DNA of 64,000 bases from Patescibacteria group bacterium (GTDB taxonomy: Bacteria; Patescibacteriota; Patescibacteriia; Patescibacteriales; UBA12465): assembly GCA_050949505.1 (NCBI GenBank), contig JBMNFV010000001.1:573644-637643 (forward strand). Reading direction: 5' to 3'. This document shows positions 1 to 9,816 of this stretch, piece after piece (within the stretch, counting starts at the first letter, position 1; each line of letters opens with the position of its first letter). The translations under genes and the position numbers were made by a program. The notes under the pieces are model-generated. The model worked only from the letters and a program-made list of their open reading frames with translations. It had not been told where the DNA came from and did not search any database.

Positions 1-505
1 CTTCATCTACTTCGCCTTGACCTAAGTCCGAGAACCGTAACCCAGCCTGCAGGCGTAGGCCCGCTGAATCTATTATCTTAGTCTTGGTATTAGTAGCAAA
101 ATTCCAACGCCTTAACTTAGGACTAACTGAGGCTAGCGACTGGTTCTGTTCTAGGGCCTGAATCAAGAGCTTAATTGCTTCTGGCTCAATAATTACATCT
201 GGATTGATAATTAGAAAGTAGTCAGCTCGCCACTCTTCTGCCTTAGTTAATAAAATATTATAAGCCCGACTAAACCCTAAATTACTATTAGTTCCCCAAA
301 ATTCTATTGGAAATTCTTGCTCTTGACTAAATTTCTTCAAATACTCTTGGTTAGCTAAATAGCCCGCCTCACTATTATCAAAAGCAAAAATACGATAGTC
401 CGACTTAGGCAAAAATTTAAGCGCTAAATTAAGACTCTCTAAAAAGTCTGGTAAATAAGCTAGCGTTGCCTCATTGTAAGTTAAGAATCCGACTACTAAC
501 TTCAT
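1..505 (-). CDS. Glycosyltransferase family 2 (rhamnosyltransferase-like), N-terminal part; gene runs off the left edge
   Basis: Own translation of the minus strand from ATG (complement of 503-505): MKLVVGFLTYNEATLAYLPDFLESL..FAFDNSE..NLGFSRAYN..LIINPDV, open to base 1. GT-A/GT2-type motifs. Absent from the ORF track because no stop lies inside the window. Confidence 0.6.
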   Translation of the reverse strand, partial: MKLVVGFLTYNEATLAYLPDFLESLNLALKFLPKSDYRIFAFDNSEAGYLANQEYLKKFSQEQEFPIEFWGTNSNLGFSRAYNILLTKAEEWRADYFLIINPDVIIEPEAIKLLIQALEQNQSLASVSPKLRRWNFATNTKTKIIDSAGLRLQAGLRFSDLGQGEVDE

Positions 506-506
506 A

Positions 507-1232
507 TTAAATTATCATTTTTTTAGCTAATTTATCTTTAGCTAATTGCTGAGCTTCTAGCAAGCTATCAAAGGTACCCGCATCTAACCACTCTTCTTTG
601 ACCGTAGCCACCTGCAGTTCCTGCCGTTGTAGGTACCAATTATTAACATCAGTAATCTCTAGCTCCCCTCGCTCACTAGCTTTAATACTCTTAGCTACCG
701 CTACCACTCGGTGGTCATAAACATAAAGACCAGTTACGGCCTGATTACTTAAATACTCTTTAGGTTTTTCTACAATCTGCTCTGCTTGGCCTTGGTCATT
801 AAATTTAACCACTCCAAATCTTTCTGGATCCGGAACTTCTTTAGCAAAAATTAATGCTCCAGTTTTAAAGTTTTTTATCTCTGCAGAAAAATCATCAGCA
901 AAAATATTGTCCCCGAGGATCATCGCTACCTTGTCTTGGCCAATAAATTGTTCGCCGATAATAAAGGCTTGAGCCAGGCCTTCTGGCTTATCCTGTATTT
1001 CGTAAGTAAATTTAGCTCCGAACTCTTTGCCTGACCCCAAAAGATTCAAATAGTCTCCCGCTCGCTCCGGGGCGACAATAATCAAAATCTCTTTAATCCC
1101 CGCTTTTAATAGGGTATTTAAGGGGTAGTAAATCATTGGCCGATTATAGATTGGCAATAATTGTTTGCTAGTTATTTTAGTTAAAGGTCGCAAGCGGGAG
1201 CCTGAACCTCCTGATAAAATTATTCCTTTCAT
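507..1232 (-). CDS. rmlA: Glucose-1-phosphate thymidylyltransferase (short-form sugar nucleotidyltransferase)
   Basis: 241-aa ORF. N-terminal pyrophosphorylase signature LSGGSGSRLRPLTKITSKQLLPIYNRPMIYY and RmlA-like sequence throughout. 4-nt overlap with the upstream rmlD. Confidence 0.85.
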   Translation of the reverse strand: MKGIILSGGSGSRLRPLTKITSKQLLPIYNRPMIYYPLNTLLKAGIKEILIIVAPERAGDYLNLLGSGKEFGAKFTYEIQDKPEGLAQAFIIGEQFIGQDKVAMILGDNIFADDFSAEIKNFKTGALIFAKEVPDPERFGVVKFNDQGQAEQIVEKPKEYLSNQAVTGLYVYDHRVVAVAKSIKASERGELEITDVNNWYLQRQELQVATVKEEWLDAGTFDSLLEAQQLAKDKLAKKMII

Positions 1233-2092
1233 AAGCCTTCTTTTAAATATTCACTTAAAGCCTCTCTAAAGGGGCGCATTTTTTTAAGGCGATTATTTTT
1301 TAAAACCGAAAACTTTGGCCGACGCGCCTCTCGTCGGTTATCTTCACTCCTCACTGCTCTTAGCTTAACTGGCCAATCTAACAACTGAAAAAACTTCCTC
1401 GCTCCCTCATACCAAGTATAGGCGCCTTCATTAACTAAATGATAAATGCCAACTGGAGTTTCTAGCTCCCACAGTCGCTTGGTTGCTAGCGCTAAATCCA
1501 CAGTGTAAGTAAAGCAACTTAACTCTTCATTAACTATTTGCAGTTCCGCTTTTTCTTGAGCCTGCCGGGCAATAATACTAAAAAAACTAGGCTTCGCTAA
1601 GGGACTGGTTCCCTGAGGGCCAAATAATTTAGAACTCCTAATTAGATAATAAGACAAGCCTAATTCTCCCCACTTTAAAAGCTCTCGCTCCCCCGCAAAC
1701 TTGCTCTCACCATATTTATTAATCGGATTAGGTGTTTCTGTTTCACTAAATTCTCGCTTCTCTTCCGTTCCACTAAAGACATAATCCGTTGAATAATGAA
1801 TTAGGGTAGCCGATAACTGATAGGCTATCTCCGCTAACACCCTAGGCCAGTTTATATTGAGTTGGACGGCCAAATCGTAGGACTCCGCTTGCTCGCAAGC
1901 GTCCACCGCATTATAGGCAATGGTATTAATAATTAAATCTGGCTTTAATTCACTAATTTTCTTTTGAGCCACTGAAAAATCAAGGACATCTAAGTCCTCT
2001 TTATCCCAGGCAACCGTAGTATATTCCGTTGAAAATACCTTAACTAATTGCGTTCCTAAATTACCTTGACTTCCTAAAATTAAGACTGTCAT
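1229..2092 (-). CDS. rmlD: dTDP-4-dehydrorhamnose reductase
   Basis: 287-aa ORF. Rossmann start ILGSQGNLG, YSTDYVF and YGESK (Tyr-x3-Lys) motifs typical of RmlD. Translationally coupled to rmlA. Confidence 0.8.
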   Translation of the reverse strand: MTVLILGSQGNLGTQLVKVFSTEYTTVAWDKEDLDVLDFSVAQKKISELKPDLIINTIAYNAVDACEQAESYDLAVQLNINWPRVLAEIAYQLSATLIHYSTDYVFSGTEEKREFSETETPNPINKYGESKFAGERELLKWGELGLSYYLIRSSKLFGPQGTSPLAKPSFFSIIARQAQEKAELQIVNEELSCFTYTVDLALATKRLWELETPVGIYHLVNEGAYTWYEGARKFFQLLDWPVKLRAVRSEDNRREARRPKFSVLKNNRLKKMRPFREALSEYLKEGL

Positions 2093-2131
2093 ATAGTCCT
2101 AGTATACCGACTATTAACTTAATTGACAACC

Positions 2132-2154
2132 AAAAAGCAGACTTTCGTCTGCTT
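2132..2154 (-). terminator. Rho-independent terminator after murF
   Basis: Minus strand reads AAGCAGAC-GAAA-GTCTGCTT followed by TTTTGG, 26 nt downstream of the murF stop. Confidence 0.5.
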
Positions 2155-2179
2155 CAAGTTAGCCTAATCTTAATTTGCT

Positions 2180-3466
2180 TTAATCTGACCACTCTTGGCC
2201 CTGGCGAACTAGTAGTTGCGGGGCTAAGTCTGGTTCAGCCATTAACTCTTTAACTATTTTCTCCATTCTGGCTCCCTGTGAACCCTTAACAAGAATAACA
2301 TCTCCTAACTTTATTCGATCTTGTAAAAACTTACCTGCCTCCTCTGGTTTAGCGAAATAGAAAATAAAGTCATCTTTCATTCCCGCTTGTCGAGCTCCTC
2401 GCCTAAAGTCTCGGGCCTTTTCACCAACGGTAATCAAATATTTAATCTTGCTAGTTGCCACTAAGCGACCCACTAACTGGTGCCCTTCTTCGGAATAGGA
2501 ACCAATTTCTAACATTTCTCCTAAGACGGCATATTTATCAGCCGCTTCATCTATCTTTATTTTAGCCAAAGTACTAACTGCTGCCAAAGAGGCCTCCGGT
2601 GAAGAATTATAGGTATCGTCTATTAAAAATGAATGCTTGATTCCTGCTAATAAATTCATTCGTCCTTTGGGTAAATTAAATTCCTTTAGTCGCTGGGCAG
2701 TCTCTAGTACTCCTAAGCCCAACTGTATCCCTACTGCCGTGGCCGCCAGAGCGGCGTAAATAGCGGTTTCGGACATAACATTTTTCATCACCACCGGAAC
2801 TATGGAGCCCTGATAGTTCAACTTAAAGTTAACCCCACTGAGCTCATAGCCTCCTTTAGAGAAATTATAGACAATATCTTGAGCCAATAGATCGGCCCCC
2901 GGCGTAAGCCCAAAAGTCAGCACCTTAGCCTTGCTAACTGAGGCAATGCTGCGACTTAGCTCACTATCATAATTTAAAACTGCCAAGCCCTGAGAGTCTA
3001 ATTTTTCTATCAAGACCTGTTTTTCTTTTTTGATATTAGCTAAATTGCCAAAATACTCTAAATGGGAATGACTAATATAGGTAATTAGTCCTATCTTTGG
3101 TTTAGCTATCTTAGTTAAGTAATCCATATCTCCTGGCCGATCTACTCCCATTTCTAAAATTAAAATTTCTGGATACTGCCTACTTTTAATAATCAGTAGT
3201 CTTAAGGAATATAAAAATACCTTAAGCCACCCCCCCAGACTGCGTTGCGGCGACTCTTTGCCAATAATTACCAAGGGGAGCCCTATTTCATTATTATAAT
3301 TTTTAAAACTAGTCCGCACTCTAAATTTATCTTTCAAGACCCAATCAATTGCCTCCTTAGTGCTAGTTTTACCAATTGAACCAGTGATTCCCACAATTTG
3401 TGGTTGATACTTTTTAACTATCGCTTGAGCAAGTATTTTTAAAATTGTTTGTAATACCTTTTTCAT
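2180..3466 (-). CDS. murF: UDP-N-acetylmuramoyl-tripeptide--D-alanyl-D-alanine ligase
   Basis: 428-aa ORF. Mur-ligase P-loop GITGSIGKTSTKE. Last gene of the mraZ-rsmH-ftsL-ftsI cluster. Confidence 0.85.
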   Translation of the reverse strand: MKKVLQTILKILAQAIVKKYQPQIVGITGSIGKTSTKEAIDWVLKDKFRVRTSFKNYNNEIGLPLVIIGKESPQRSLGGWLKVFLYSLRLLIIKSRQYPEILILEMGVDRPGDMDYLTKIAKPKIGLITYISHSHLEYFGNLANIKKEKQVLIEKLDSQGLAVLNYDSELSRSIASVSKAKVLTFGLTPGADLLAQDIVYNFSKGGYELSGVNFKLNYQGSIVPVVMKNVMSETAIYAALAATAVGIQLGLGVLETAQRLKEFNLPKGRMNLLAGIKHSFLIDDTYNSSPEASLAAVSTLAKIKIDEAADKYAVLGEMLEIGSYSEEGHQLVGRLVATSKIKYLITVGEKARDFRRGARQAGMKDDFIFYFAKPEEAGKFLQDRIKLGDVILVKGSQGARMEKIVKELMAEPDLAPQLLVRQGQEWSD

Positions 3467-3477
3467 AATTTTCTATA

Positions 3478-5436
3478 TTATTCTCTAGTCTTAGGAATCT
3501 GATAATATTTTAACATAAAATCCGCTATTTCTCTCCAAAGCGGGACGGTGGTTCCTTCAGCGTAAATAATGTTCTTGGGGTTATCTATCTTAGTTAACAT
3601 CACAAACTTTGGCTCTTCAATCGGAGCAATCCCCACAAAGTTATGAATCCTATTAGTCAGAGAATAGCCACCTCTTTCGGCTACTTGAGCAGTTCCCGTT
3701 TTCCCTCCAGTGTAATAGCCTTCAATGTAGGCCCGATTAGCATGTCCCTTTTCCACAATATTAACTAACATCGCTAAAATGGTATCGGCTGTTTTAGCCG
3801 AGACCACTTGTCTAACTGGTAGTGGCTTTATTTCCTCGCGCTGACCATTCTCTTTAATAATTTCCTTGACTACGTGTGGTTGCATTAGTACCCCTTTATT
3901 AGCTAAGGCCTGAAAAGACATCACCATTTGCAGAGGGGTGACCGCTATTCCCTGCCCATAAGAAGCAGTGGCCGCATCTATCTCCTTAATTTTATTACTA
4001 AGCAAATTTTTAATATTCCCCGGACTCTCCGCCCCCAACTCTATTCCACTGCGCTCACCAAAGCCAAAGTTTTGTACATACTGAGAAAATACTTTTGCTC
4101 CCACCTGGCGCATGGCAAAGACGGCTCCCGTATTTAATGACTTCTCTAGCACGCCATTCATATCCACCACCCCATGAGGACCATGGGTGCTAAAATCAGA
4201 ATTACTAATCGGCTTAGGCCAGCCACTGATCATCATTTTACCCTCATCAATAAAAGTAGTTGCTGGGCTAACTTTTTCCTGGTCTATGGCCGCGGCCATG
4301 GTAATTACCTTAAACACTGACCCCGGTTCATATTGATCACTAAGGGCGGGATTTTTAAAGGCTGACAAATCAGCAGTCAGTTGATAGTTATTAGGATCAA
4401 AGTCAGGCACTGAGCACATCGCAATTACTGCTCCTGTTTGGGGCTCAATGATAATAACGCTTCCGCCATCAGCCTGATGCCTAGCGACTGCCTCTTTTAG
4501 CTTTTCACAAGCGACTGACTCAATATTACGATCTATCGTGAGCACCAAATCATCCCCCTTGCTGGGCTTAACATACTCGCGGCCATTAACAATTATGGTA
4601 TTTGCCGTAGCCGCTTTCTCCGACTTTAAATACCCTGACTGGCCAGCTAATTCGGTATTAAAAAACTCTTCTAAACCATATTTACCCACCTCCTGATTGT
4701 CAGCATAACTCACAAAGCCTAGCAAGTGGGCCCCTATTTCTTTCTCGGGATAACTTCGCACTATCTGCAGCTCATAGCCTAGGCCGGGAATCGTTATTTT
4801 AGCACCCGCCCCCTCAGCTTGCTTAAGGTAGACCTGTCCGGCTCTCAGTTCTAAGTCATTAAGCGTTAAGGGCTGCTCATCGGTAGAGGCAAAAAAGGCA
4901 ATGAACTCTAAAAACTCATCTAAATTAAGCTTTTTATTCAAAGTTTCATAAGGGTCCCCTGGTTTATCTACTCTAATTAAATAATTATCTAATATCTTCG
5001 CCCGACTGCTAGACGCTAGCTCCGCTCTTTCCTCCTGGCTTAAATCCGCCTGTTCTTCCGCTATCTTTTTCTCCACCACCGCTTGATCAAAATAGTCATA
5101 AAGTTTTTCGGCAAATTCTAGCGGCGCGGTAATATCCTGAGGCACTACATAGATATCCATTAAACTTTTATTGGTCGCTAGGGGATATAATTTTTCTTGA
5201 CCATTAATTTTCTCTTGTGAAAATATTTTCCCTCGCTCAGCCTTTAGTTCACTAAAAGTACTATGCTGTAAGGTGGCGATGGAGGAATAGCGCTTAGCGT
5301 CTTTGATTTGTAAAATAGCTAAACGAACTATCAGTGCTCCCGCAATTAAAAAAATGGCGACTATCGCTAAGCGGAAGCGCCCCTTATTTAGCAAAGTTTG
5401 ACTTGGCTGACTCTTAGCCGCTTGGTCTCGCCACAT
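3478..5436 (-). CDS. ftsI: Class B penicillin-binding protein / septal transpeptidase
   Basis: 652-aa ORF with an N-terminal TM anchor. Transpeptidase motifs SVFK (SxxK), SNS (SxN) and KTGT. dcw-cluster position. Confidence 0.8.
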   Translation of the reverse strand: MWRDQAAKSQPSQTLLNKGRFRLAIVAIFLIAGALIVRLAILQIKDAKRYSSIATLQHSTFSELKAERGKIFSQEKINGQEKLYPLATNKSLMDIYVVPQDITAPLEFAEKLYDYFDQAVVEKKIAEEQADLSQEERAELASSSRAKILDNYLIRVDKPGDPYETLNKKLNLDEFLEFIAFFASTDEQPLTLNDLELRAGQVYLKQAEGAGAKITIPGLGYELQIVRSYPEKEIGAHLLGFVSYADNQEVGKYGLEEFFNTELAGQSGYLKSEKAATANTIIVNGREYVKPSKGDDLVLTIDRNIESVACEKLKEAVARHQADGGSVIIIEPQTGAVIAMCSVPDFDPNNYQLTADLSAFKNPALSDQYEPGSVFKVITMAAAIDQEKVSPATTFIDEGKMMISGWPKPISNSDFSTHGPHGVVDMNGVLEKSLNTGAVFAMRQVGAKVFSQYVQNFGFGERSGIELGAESPGNIKNLLSNKIKEIDAATASYGQGIAVTPLQMVMSFQALANKGVLMQPHVVKEIIKENGQREEIKPLPVRQVVSAKTADTILAMLVNIVEKGHANRAYIEGYYTGGKTGTAQVAERGGYSLTNRIHNFVGIAPIEEPKFVMLTKIDNPKNIIYAEGTTVPLWREIADFMLKYYQIPKTRE

Positions 5437-5442
5437 AATTTC

Positions 5443-5784
5443 TTATTTCAAAGCTAACACTGGCTTAGTTACTGTTAAGTAGTCAATTTCTTCTACCGCC
5501 ACTAAATTTAAGTTGGCGGTTTTATCAGTTAGATAATTATATGACTGCAAGCGATTAACTGTTTCCTCTTTTTCTAAGCAAGCACTTTCTAGCAAGTTAG
5601 CCTGACTTTTTAAGTCCCTGAGGATAAAGCCCTTAGCGCTTAAATCGCTGATATTAAATAAGTGAAAAAACCCTAAGCAGAAAATGATTACTCCAATGCC
5701 TAAATTTAGTTTCTTAAGATTCAGGCGCCTTGGTTTAGACTGACTAGACTGAGGTGATTGGTAATAGTTAATTACTCCACTCAT
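5443..5784 (-). CDS. FtsL-like small bitopic cell-division protein (assigned by position)
   Basis: Single TM helix (GIGVIIFCLGFFHLF) followed by a coiled-coil-like segment, between rsmH and ftsI where ftsL normally sits. I prefer the ATG at 5784 over the TTG at 5817 given in the ORF track. Confidence 0.4.
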   Translation of the reverse strand: MSGVINYYQSPQSSQSKPRRLNLKKLNLGIGVIIFCLGFFHLFNISDLSAKGFILRDLKSQANLLESACLEKEETVNRLQSYNYLTDKTANLNLVAVEEIDYLTVTKPVLALK

Positions 5785-5813
5785 ATGACTAATATTTATT
5801 AATTTAAAAATTA

Positions 5814-6698
5814 TCAAATTTTAATTGCGGAACGAAGTTTAGCGCTTCGCGACCGAGGATTAAGGGCCACTTCTGTTTCGCTAGCAATTAATGGCTTCTT
5901 GCTTAAAGCCAGTAACTGATCATTGTTTTTAAAAAATCTCTTCACTATTCGGTCTTCTCCGCTATGGAAAGAGACTACCGTAATCCGTCCCCCTATTTTC
6001 AGTAGTTTCAGAGCTTCAGCTAACACTGCCGTTAAAGAATTTAACTCATCATTGGTCTCTATTCTCAAGGCTTGAAATACTTTAGTGGCTGGATTAATTC
6101 TTGAATAATACTTAAACGGAATAGTTGAGCCCATTACTTCCAAAAACTTGGCGGTAGTGGTGATTCGTTCTGTGCGCCTAGCCTTGACTATCGCCTTAGC
6201 TATTTGATAGGCGCGCTTCTCTTCTCCGTAGTCTCTAAAGACTCTAGTTAATTCCTCTAGACTATACTCATTAACTATCTCTTCAGCGGTTCGCTCACTT
6301 TTCGGCCCAAAGCGCATATCTAAGGGATAGTCTCCCAAGAAAGAAAAGCCCCGTTCACCGTCCGCTAATTGCGCTGATGATAGTCCTAGGTCTAAAACTA
6401 AGCCATCTAACTTTTTTCCTGGCAAGACTCGCTCTAGTTCCGTAGTTAAATTTTTAAAGTTATTATTGATTAAAATAACATTATCAATCTTCTCCTTAGC
6501 TAATAATTCTTTAGCATTCGCAATCGCCGCCTCATCTAAATCAAAACTAACTACCTTTCCTGATGGTCCAACTAGCCGAGCAATTTCTAAAGTATATGAA
6601 GCGCCGCCTAAAGTTCCGTCTACATATATTCCTCCCGACTCGGGAGCTAATTGCTCAATTACCTCCTTTAGCATCACTGGTGTGTGTTGGTACTTCAT
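5814..6698 (-). CDS. rsmH: 16S rRNA (cytosine1402-N4)-methyltransferase
   Basis: 294-aa ORF. HTPVML start, SAM-binding YVDGTLGGASY, DLGLSSAQL motif. Follows mraZ. Confidence 0.9.
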   Translation of the reverse strand: MKYQHTPVMLKEVIEQLAPESGGIYVDGTLGGASYTLEIARLVGPSGKVVSFDLDEAAIANAKELLAKEKIDNVILINNNFKNLTTELERVLPGKKLDGLVLDLGLSSAQLADGERGFSFLGDYPLDMRFGPKSERTAEEIVNEYSLEELTRVFRDYGEEKRAYQIAKAIVKARRTERITTTAKFLEVMGSTIPFKYYSRINPATKVFQALRIETNDELNSLTAVLAEALKLLKIGGRITVVSFHSGEDRIVKRFFKNNDQLLALSKKPLIASETEVALNPRSRSAKLRSAIKI

Positions 6699-6706
6699 AT
6701 CAACTA

Positions 6707-7138
6707 TTAGATACCTAAGTCTCCTAAGGTCTCCGCAATGGCATTACTATTTTTCTCATTCTCCTGCTTATACTTATTCCAAGCCCCTTCATCCCAAATT
6801 TCCAAATGATCATAAAGACCGGCAATCACCACCTTCTTTTTCAATTTAGAAAACTGTCGCAAATATTCTGGTAAAGTTATCCGGCCCTGATTATCAAACT
6901 CTAAGTCCATTGCCCCAGCTAACATGTGTCGACTAAAGGCTCTAACTCTCGCCTGGCTAACTGGTAGGCTAGAAAACTTTTTAGCTAGGTCAGCAAACTT
7001 TTCCTGAGGGTACAAAAAAAGACAATCATCTAAGCCCTTAGTAACGACAGCGCCTTTTTTTAAAAGCAAACGAAACTTAGCTGGGATAGCTAATCGTCCT
7101 TTATCATCTAGATTGTGATTGTATTCACCGATGAACAT
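6707..7138 (-). CDS. mraZ: Transcriptional regulator MraZ
   Basis: 143-aa ORF. Two SpoVT/AbrB-like halves with DxxGR motifs (DDKGRLAIP, DNQGRITLP). First gene of the dcw cluster. Confidence 0.92.
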   Translation of the reverse strand: MFIGEYNHNLDDKGRLAIPAKFRLLLKKGAVVTKGLDDCLFLYPQEKFADLAKKFSSLPVSQARVRAFSRHMLAGAMDLEFDNQGRITLPEYLRQFSKLKKKVVIAGLYDHLEIWDEGAWNKYKQENEKNSNAIAETLGDLGI

Positions 7139-7171
7139 AAGTACTTAATTAAGGTGATCGTCTAGTTACTT

Positions 7172-7196
7172 CTCCACAATTCCCCACCAATCACCT
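7172..7196 (-). promoter_or_regulatory. Candidate MraZ operator (GTG-box direct repeats)
   Basis: Minus strand reads caGGTGAttGGTGGGGaattGTGGAGa. There are three GTG(G/A) boxes, the last two exactly 10 bp apart, lying between the predicted -10 box and the mraZ ATG. Confidence 0.35.
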
Positions 7197-7206
7197 GACA
7201 AGTCCT

Positions 7207-7235
7207 ATTATACACCACTTATGCCCTCGGGTCAA
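7207..7235 (-). promoter_or_regulatory. Sigma70-type promoter of the mraZ/dcw operon
   Basis: Minus strand: TTGACC (7235-7230), 17-nt spacer, TATAAT (7212-7207). About 70 nt upstream of the mraZ ATG. Confidence 0.5.
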
Positions 7236-7271
7236 CACTTAGCTTTTGTCTAAAATAAGCCAAAAAATAAT

Positions 7272-7307
7272 AAAAAAATCTACTTATCAACAAGTAGATG
7301 TTTTTTT
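7272..7307. terminator. Bidirectional hairpin terminator downstream of tsaB-like gene
   Basis: ATCTACTT-ATCAAC-AAGTAGAT stem-loop flanked by A7 on the left and T7 on the right. Confidence 0.55.
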
Positions 7308-7382
7308 CTTTAATATTATTAGCTAGTATTTATTAAAGTTTTCAACAGGTAGTCCCCAAGATTAAACCGCCTTATTGCTCTA

Positions 7383-7784
7383 TCATTTTTTAGTCTCCTT
7401 AGGTCTGCTCTTATTAAATAAGACTTTGCGCTGATAAATAGGTTTAACTATCCCTATTCCTGATTGACCTGATAAAAGCTTATCATTCCCCTCAGCAGCA
7501 ACTACCGGAATTTTTAAAGCATAGGCAAGAGCATTAGCGGTCAAGACCCCGATTCGTAAAGAGGTAAAACTAGAGCCAGTTTGCTTAACAATAATCTTCT
7601 TAAGCTCTGATAAGTTAAATTTATTTTTAACTAAGAGTTGGTCTATGGCTACTAACAGTTTCTCAGACTGTTGGCGGGGGGCTTTAATTTCTTCTTTAAC
7701 TAAAAAATCAGCTCCCTGTTGCAAGCCGATAATCATTAGCTCCGCCTCAGCGGTATTAATATATAGGGCTAATTCCTCTTTCAT
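7383..7784 (-). CDS. tsaB: TsaB (YeaZ)-like protein, N-terminal half only
   Basis: 133-aa ORF. Similar to the first ASKHA half of TsaB (SELKKIIVKQTGSSFTSLRIGVLTANALAYALKIPV). About half the usual length. Confidence 0.55.
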   Translation of the reverse strand: MKEELALYINTAEAELMIIGLQQGADFLVKEEIKAPRQQSEKLLVAIDQLLVKNKFNLSELKKIIVKQTGSSFTSLRIGVLTANALAYALKIPVVAAEGNDKLLSGQSGIGIVKPIYQRKVLFNKSRPKETKK

Positions 7785-7796
7785 ATATATAGTCTT

Positions 7797-9212
7797 TTAT
7801 TGATCAGTCTCTAAAGTTAATTTAACTCCCTGAGGGCCATCTTCTAGTCGGTAGCCCTGTTGCCTAATTTCTTCCCTCAAGCGATCGGCTTCTAGCCAAT
7901 CTTGCTTCTCTCTGGCCTGAGCGCGACTTAATAGCAAGGCCTTAACTGTTGCTGGTAAATCAGACTCCGCTACTACCTTCTCGGCCCTTGGCTCTAGTTC
8001 AGTTAGTCTTAAGCCTAGCACTCTATCAAAGTCTAAAACCGTCGCCAGCTTATCAGCTTTAGATAGCTTTGATTTTAAAACCGCGGAAACTACCGCTAAG
8101 GCTTGCGCGGTATTTAAATTATTATTAACCGCTGCTAAGAATTTAGCTTGAAAGACTTGACTGGGCTGACCTTGTTCTTGGCCCAAATTAATTACTGAGT
8201 TTTGTAAACTACTTAAACCTTCCTGAGCCCTTAACAATCCTTCCTCACTATATTCCATGGGCTTATGGTAGTTGCCTTGTAGGAAATAGAATCTAAAGGC
8301 CAGCGGGTCTACGCCCGACTGACTAGTTGCTCGCTCTAGGGTTAAAAAATCATCAGTACTTTTAGACATTTTCTCCCCCTCTTTATTAACCAAAAAGGCA
8401 TTGTGTAGCCAGTAGTTAAAGAAGGGGCGGCCAGTCGCTGCCTCCGATTGAGCAATTTCATTAGTGTGGTGAATATTAATATGGTCACTTCCCCCACAGT
8501 GAATATCTAAGTTATCTTTCAAGTATTTTAAACTAATCGCCGAACATTCTATGTGCCAACCCGGAAAACCGACTCCCCAAGGCGAAGGCCATTCCATTTG
8601 TCTTTGCTTGTCTTGAGGAGAAAACTTCCACAAGGCAAAGTCAGGAGGATTCTTTTTCTCTTTATTTTTCTCTACCCGTGCCCCTTCTTTTAACTCTTCT
8701 ATAGGCAACTTGCTAAGCTTATTATAATCCGTAACTAGGGCAGTATTGAAATAAAGACCATCGCTAGTTTGGTAGGTATAGCCCTTTGCTTCTAGTATTT
8801 TAATTAATTCTATTTGCTCTTTAATATGATCAGTTACCCGAGCATAAATACTTGGTGGAATAATATTTAATAACTGCAAGTCTTGCTTAAAAGCTTCTTC
8901 GTAAAACCTAGCTATTTCTATTGCGCTCTTATTTTCCTTCCTAGCACTTAGCTCTAGCTTATCCTCGCCCATACTCCTATCACCAACTAAGTGACCAACG
9001 TCAGTGATATTCATAATATGCTTAACCTGATAGCCATTATAGCTTAAGGTTCTTTTGAGAATATCAACGAATAGGAAGGCACGTAAATTACCCAAATGCG
9101 CATACTTATAGACCGTAGGACCACAGGAATAAAGGCCCACGGTTTTTCCGGCGATGGCCTTGAATTCTTCTTTTTTTCTTGTAAGCGTGTTATAAAAAAA
9201 TAACTTAGCCAT
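7797..9212 (-). CDS. cysS: Cysteinyl-tRNA synthetase
   Basis: 471-aa ORF. Class I motifs YAHLGNLR (HIGH-type) and KMSKS, plus CGPTVY at the N-terminus. Confidence 0.9.
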   Translation of the reverse strand: MAKLFFYNTLTRKKEEFKAIAGKTVGLYSCGPTVYKYAHLGNLRAFLFVDILKRTLSYNGYQVKHIMNITDVGHLVGDRSMGEDKLELSARKENKSAIEIARFYEEAFKQDLQLLNIIPPSIYARVTDHIKEQIELIKILEAKGYTYQTSDGLYFNTALVTDYNKLSKLPIEELKEGARVEKNKEKKNPPDFALWKFSPQDKQRQMEWPSPWGVGFPGWHIECSAISLKYLKDNLDIHCGGSDHINIHHTNEIAQSEAATGRPFFNYWLHNAFLVNKEGEKMSKSTDDFLTLERATSQSGVDPLAFRFYFLQGNYHKPMEYSEEGLLRAQEGLSSLQNSVINLGQEQGQPSQVFQAKFLAAVNNNLNTAQALAVVSAVLKSKLSKADKLATVLDFDRVLGLRLTELEPRAEKVVAESDLPATVKALLLSRAQAREKQDWLEADRLREEIRQQGYRLEDGPQGVKLTLETDQ

Positions 9213-9230
9213 AGTCTTTATTTAAGCTAT

Positions 9231-9746
9231 TTAACGAAACCTGAGGGGCATAATTATTCTCCCCTGATTCTCTGCTAATCCAGAAGGATTGTCTTTGCTA
9301 ATTGCTAAAAATCCCGACTCTACCTCTATCGTCTCCGGGTTATACTCTAGTAGTCCCACATATTCCACTAACTCTTCATTAAGCCAATCACCGTCCGCTA
9401 CGGCCACTCCTGTTGCTAAGGAATTATTATCCTCATCTATTAGCTGCAAGACTAACTGCCCCTCAAAAAACCAGGTCCGTGAAATCTTACCCTTAACCAA
9501 CAAGGGTGAGCTAATTAATTGATTGCTCTCCGGAGTGCTAATTAGTACCCCAATTGGCTCCGTGGCTTCCCTAGTCGCCGCTATCTCTACCTCCTCATCA
9601 GCCACTGGCTCGTTCTCTGCTTCTAACTGAATAATTTCAGCAACTTGTCGGTTTGATTTTTGCTGACTAAACTCCTTAATTCGTAAAACTACCATACTCA
9701 CCAAGATTATCATGACCACCACTAAGAGAAATTTATTTTTATTCAT
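9231..9746 (-). CDS. Secreted or membrane-anchored protein with Gmad2-like Ig domain
   Basis: 171-aa ORF. N-terminal TM/signal, acidic linker, C-terminal segment (ISSPLLVKGKISRTWFFEGQLVLQLIDEDNNSLATG) resembling Gmad2 immunoglobulin-like domains. Confidence 0.4.
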   Translation of the reverse strand: MNKNKFLLVVVMIILVSMVVLRIKEFSQQKSNRQVAEIIQLEAENEPVADEEVEIAATREATEPIGVLISTPESNQLISSPLLVKGKISRTWFFEGQLVLQLIDEDNNSLATGVAVADGDWLNEELVEYVGLLEYNPETIEVESGFLAISKDNPSGLAENQGRIIMPLRFR

Positions 9747-9816
9747 ATACTAAAATAACTAACTACTAACTCTCTGCTTTGATTATATCATAATCTCCCC
9801 ACTTTGTCTTAGACTA

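Noticed and set aside
1-2092. Incomplete dTDP-rhamnose pathway (rmlA and rmlD but no rmlB or rmlC)
   Set aside because: The cluster continues off the left edge, past the partial GT2 gene, so absence cannot be inferred from this window.
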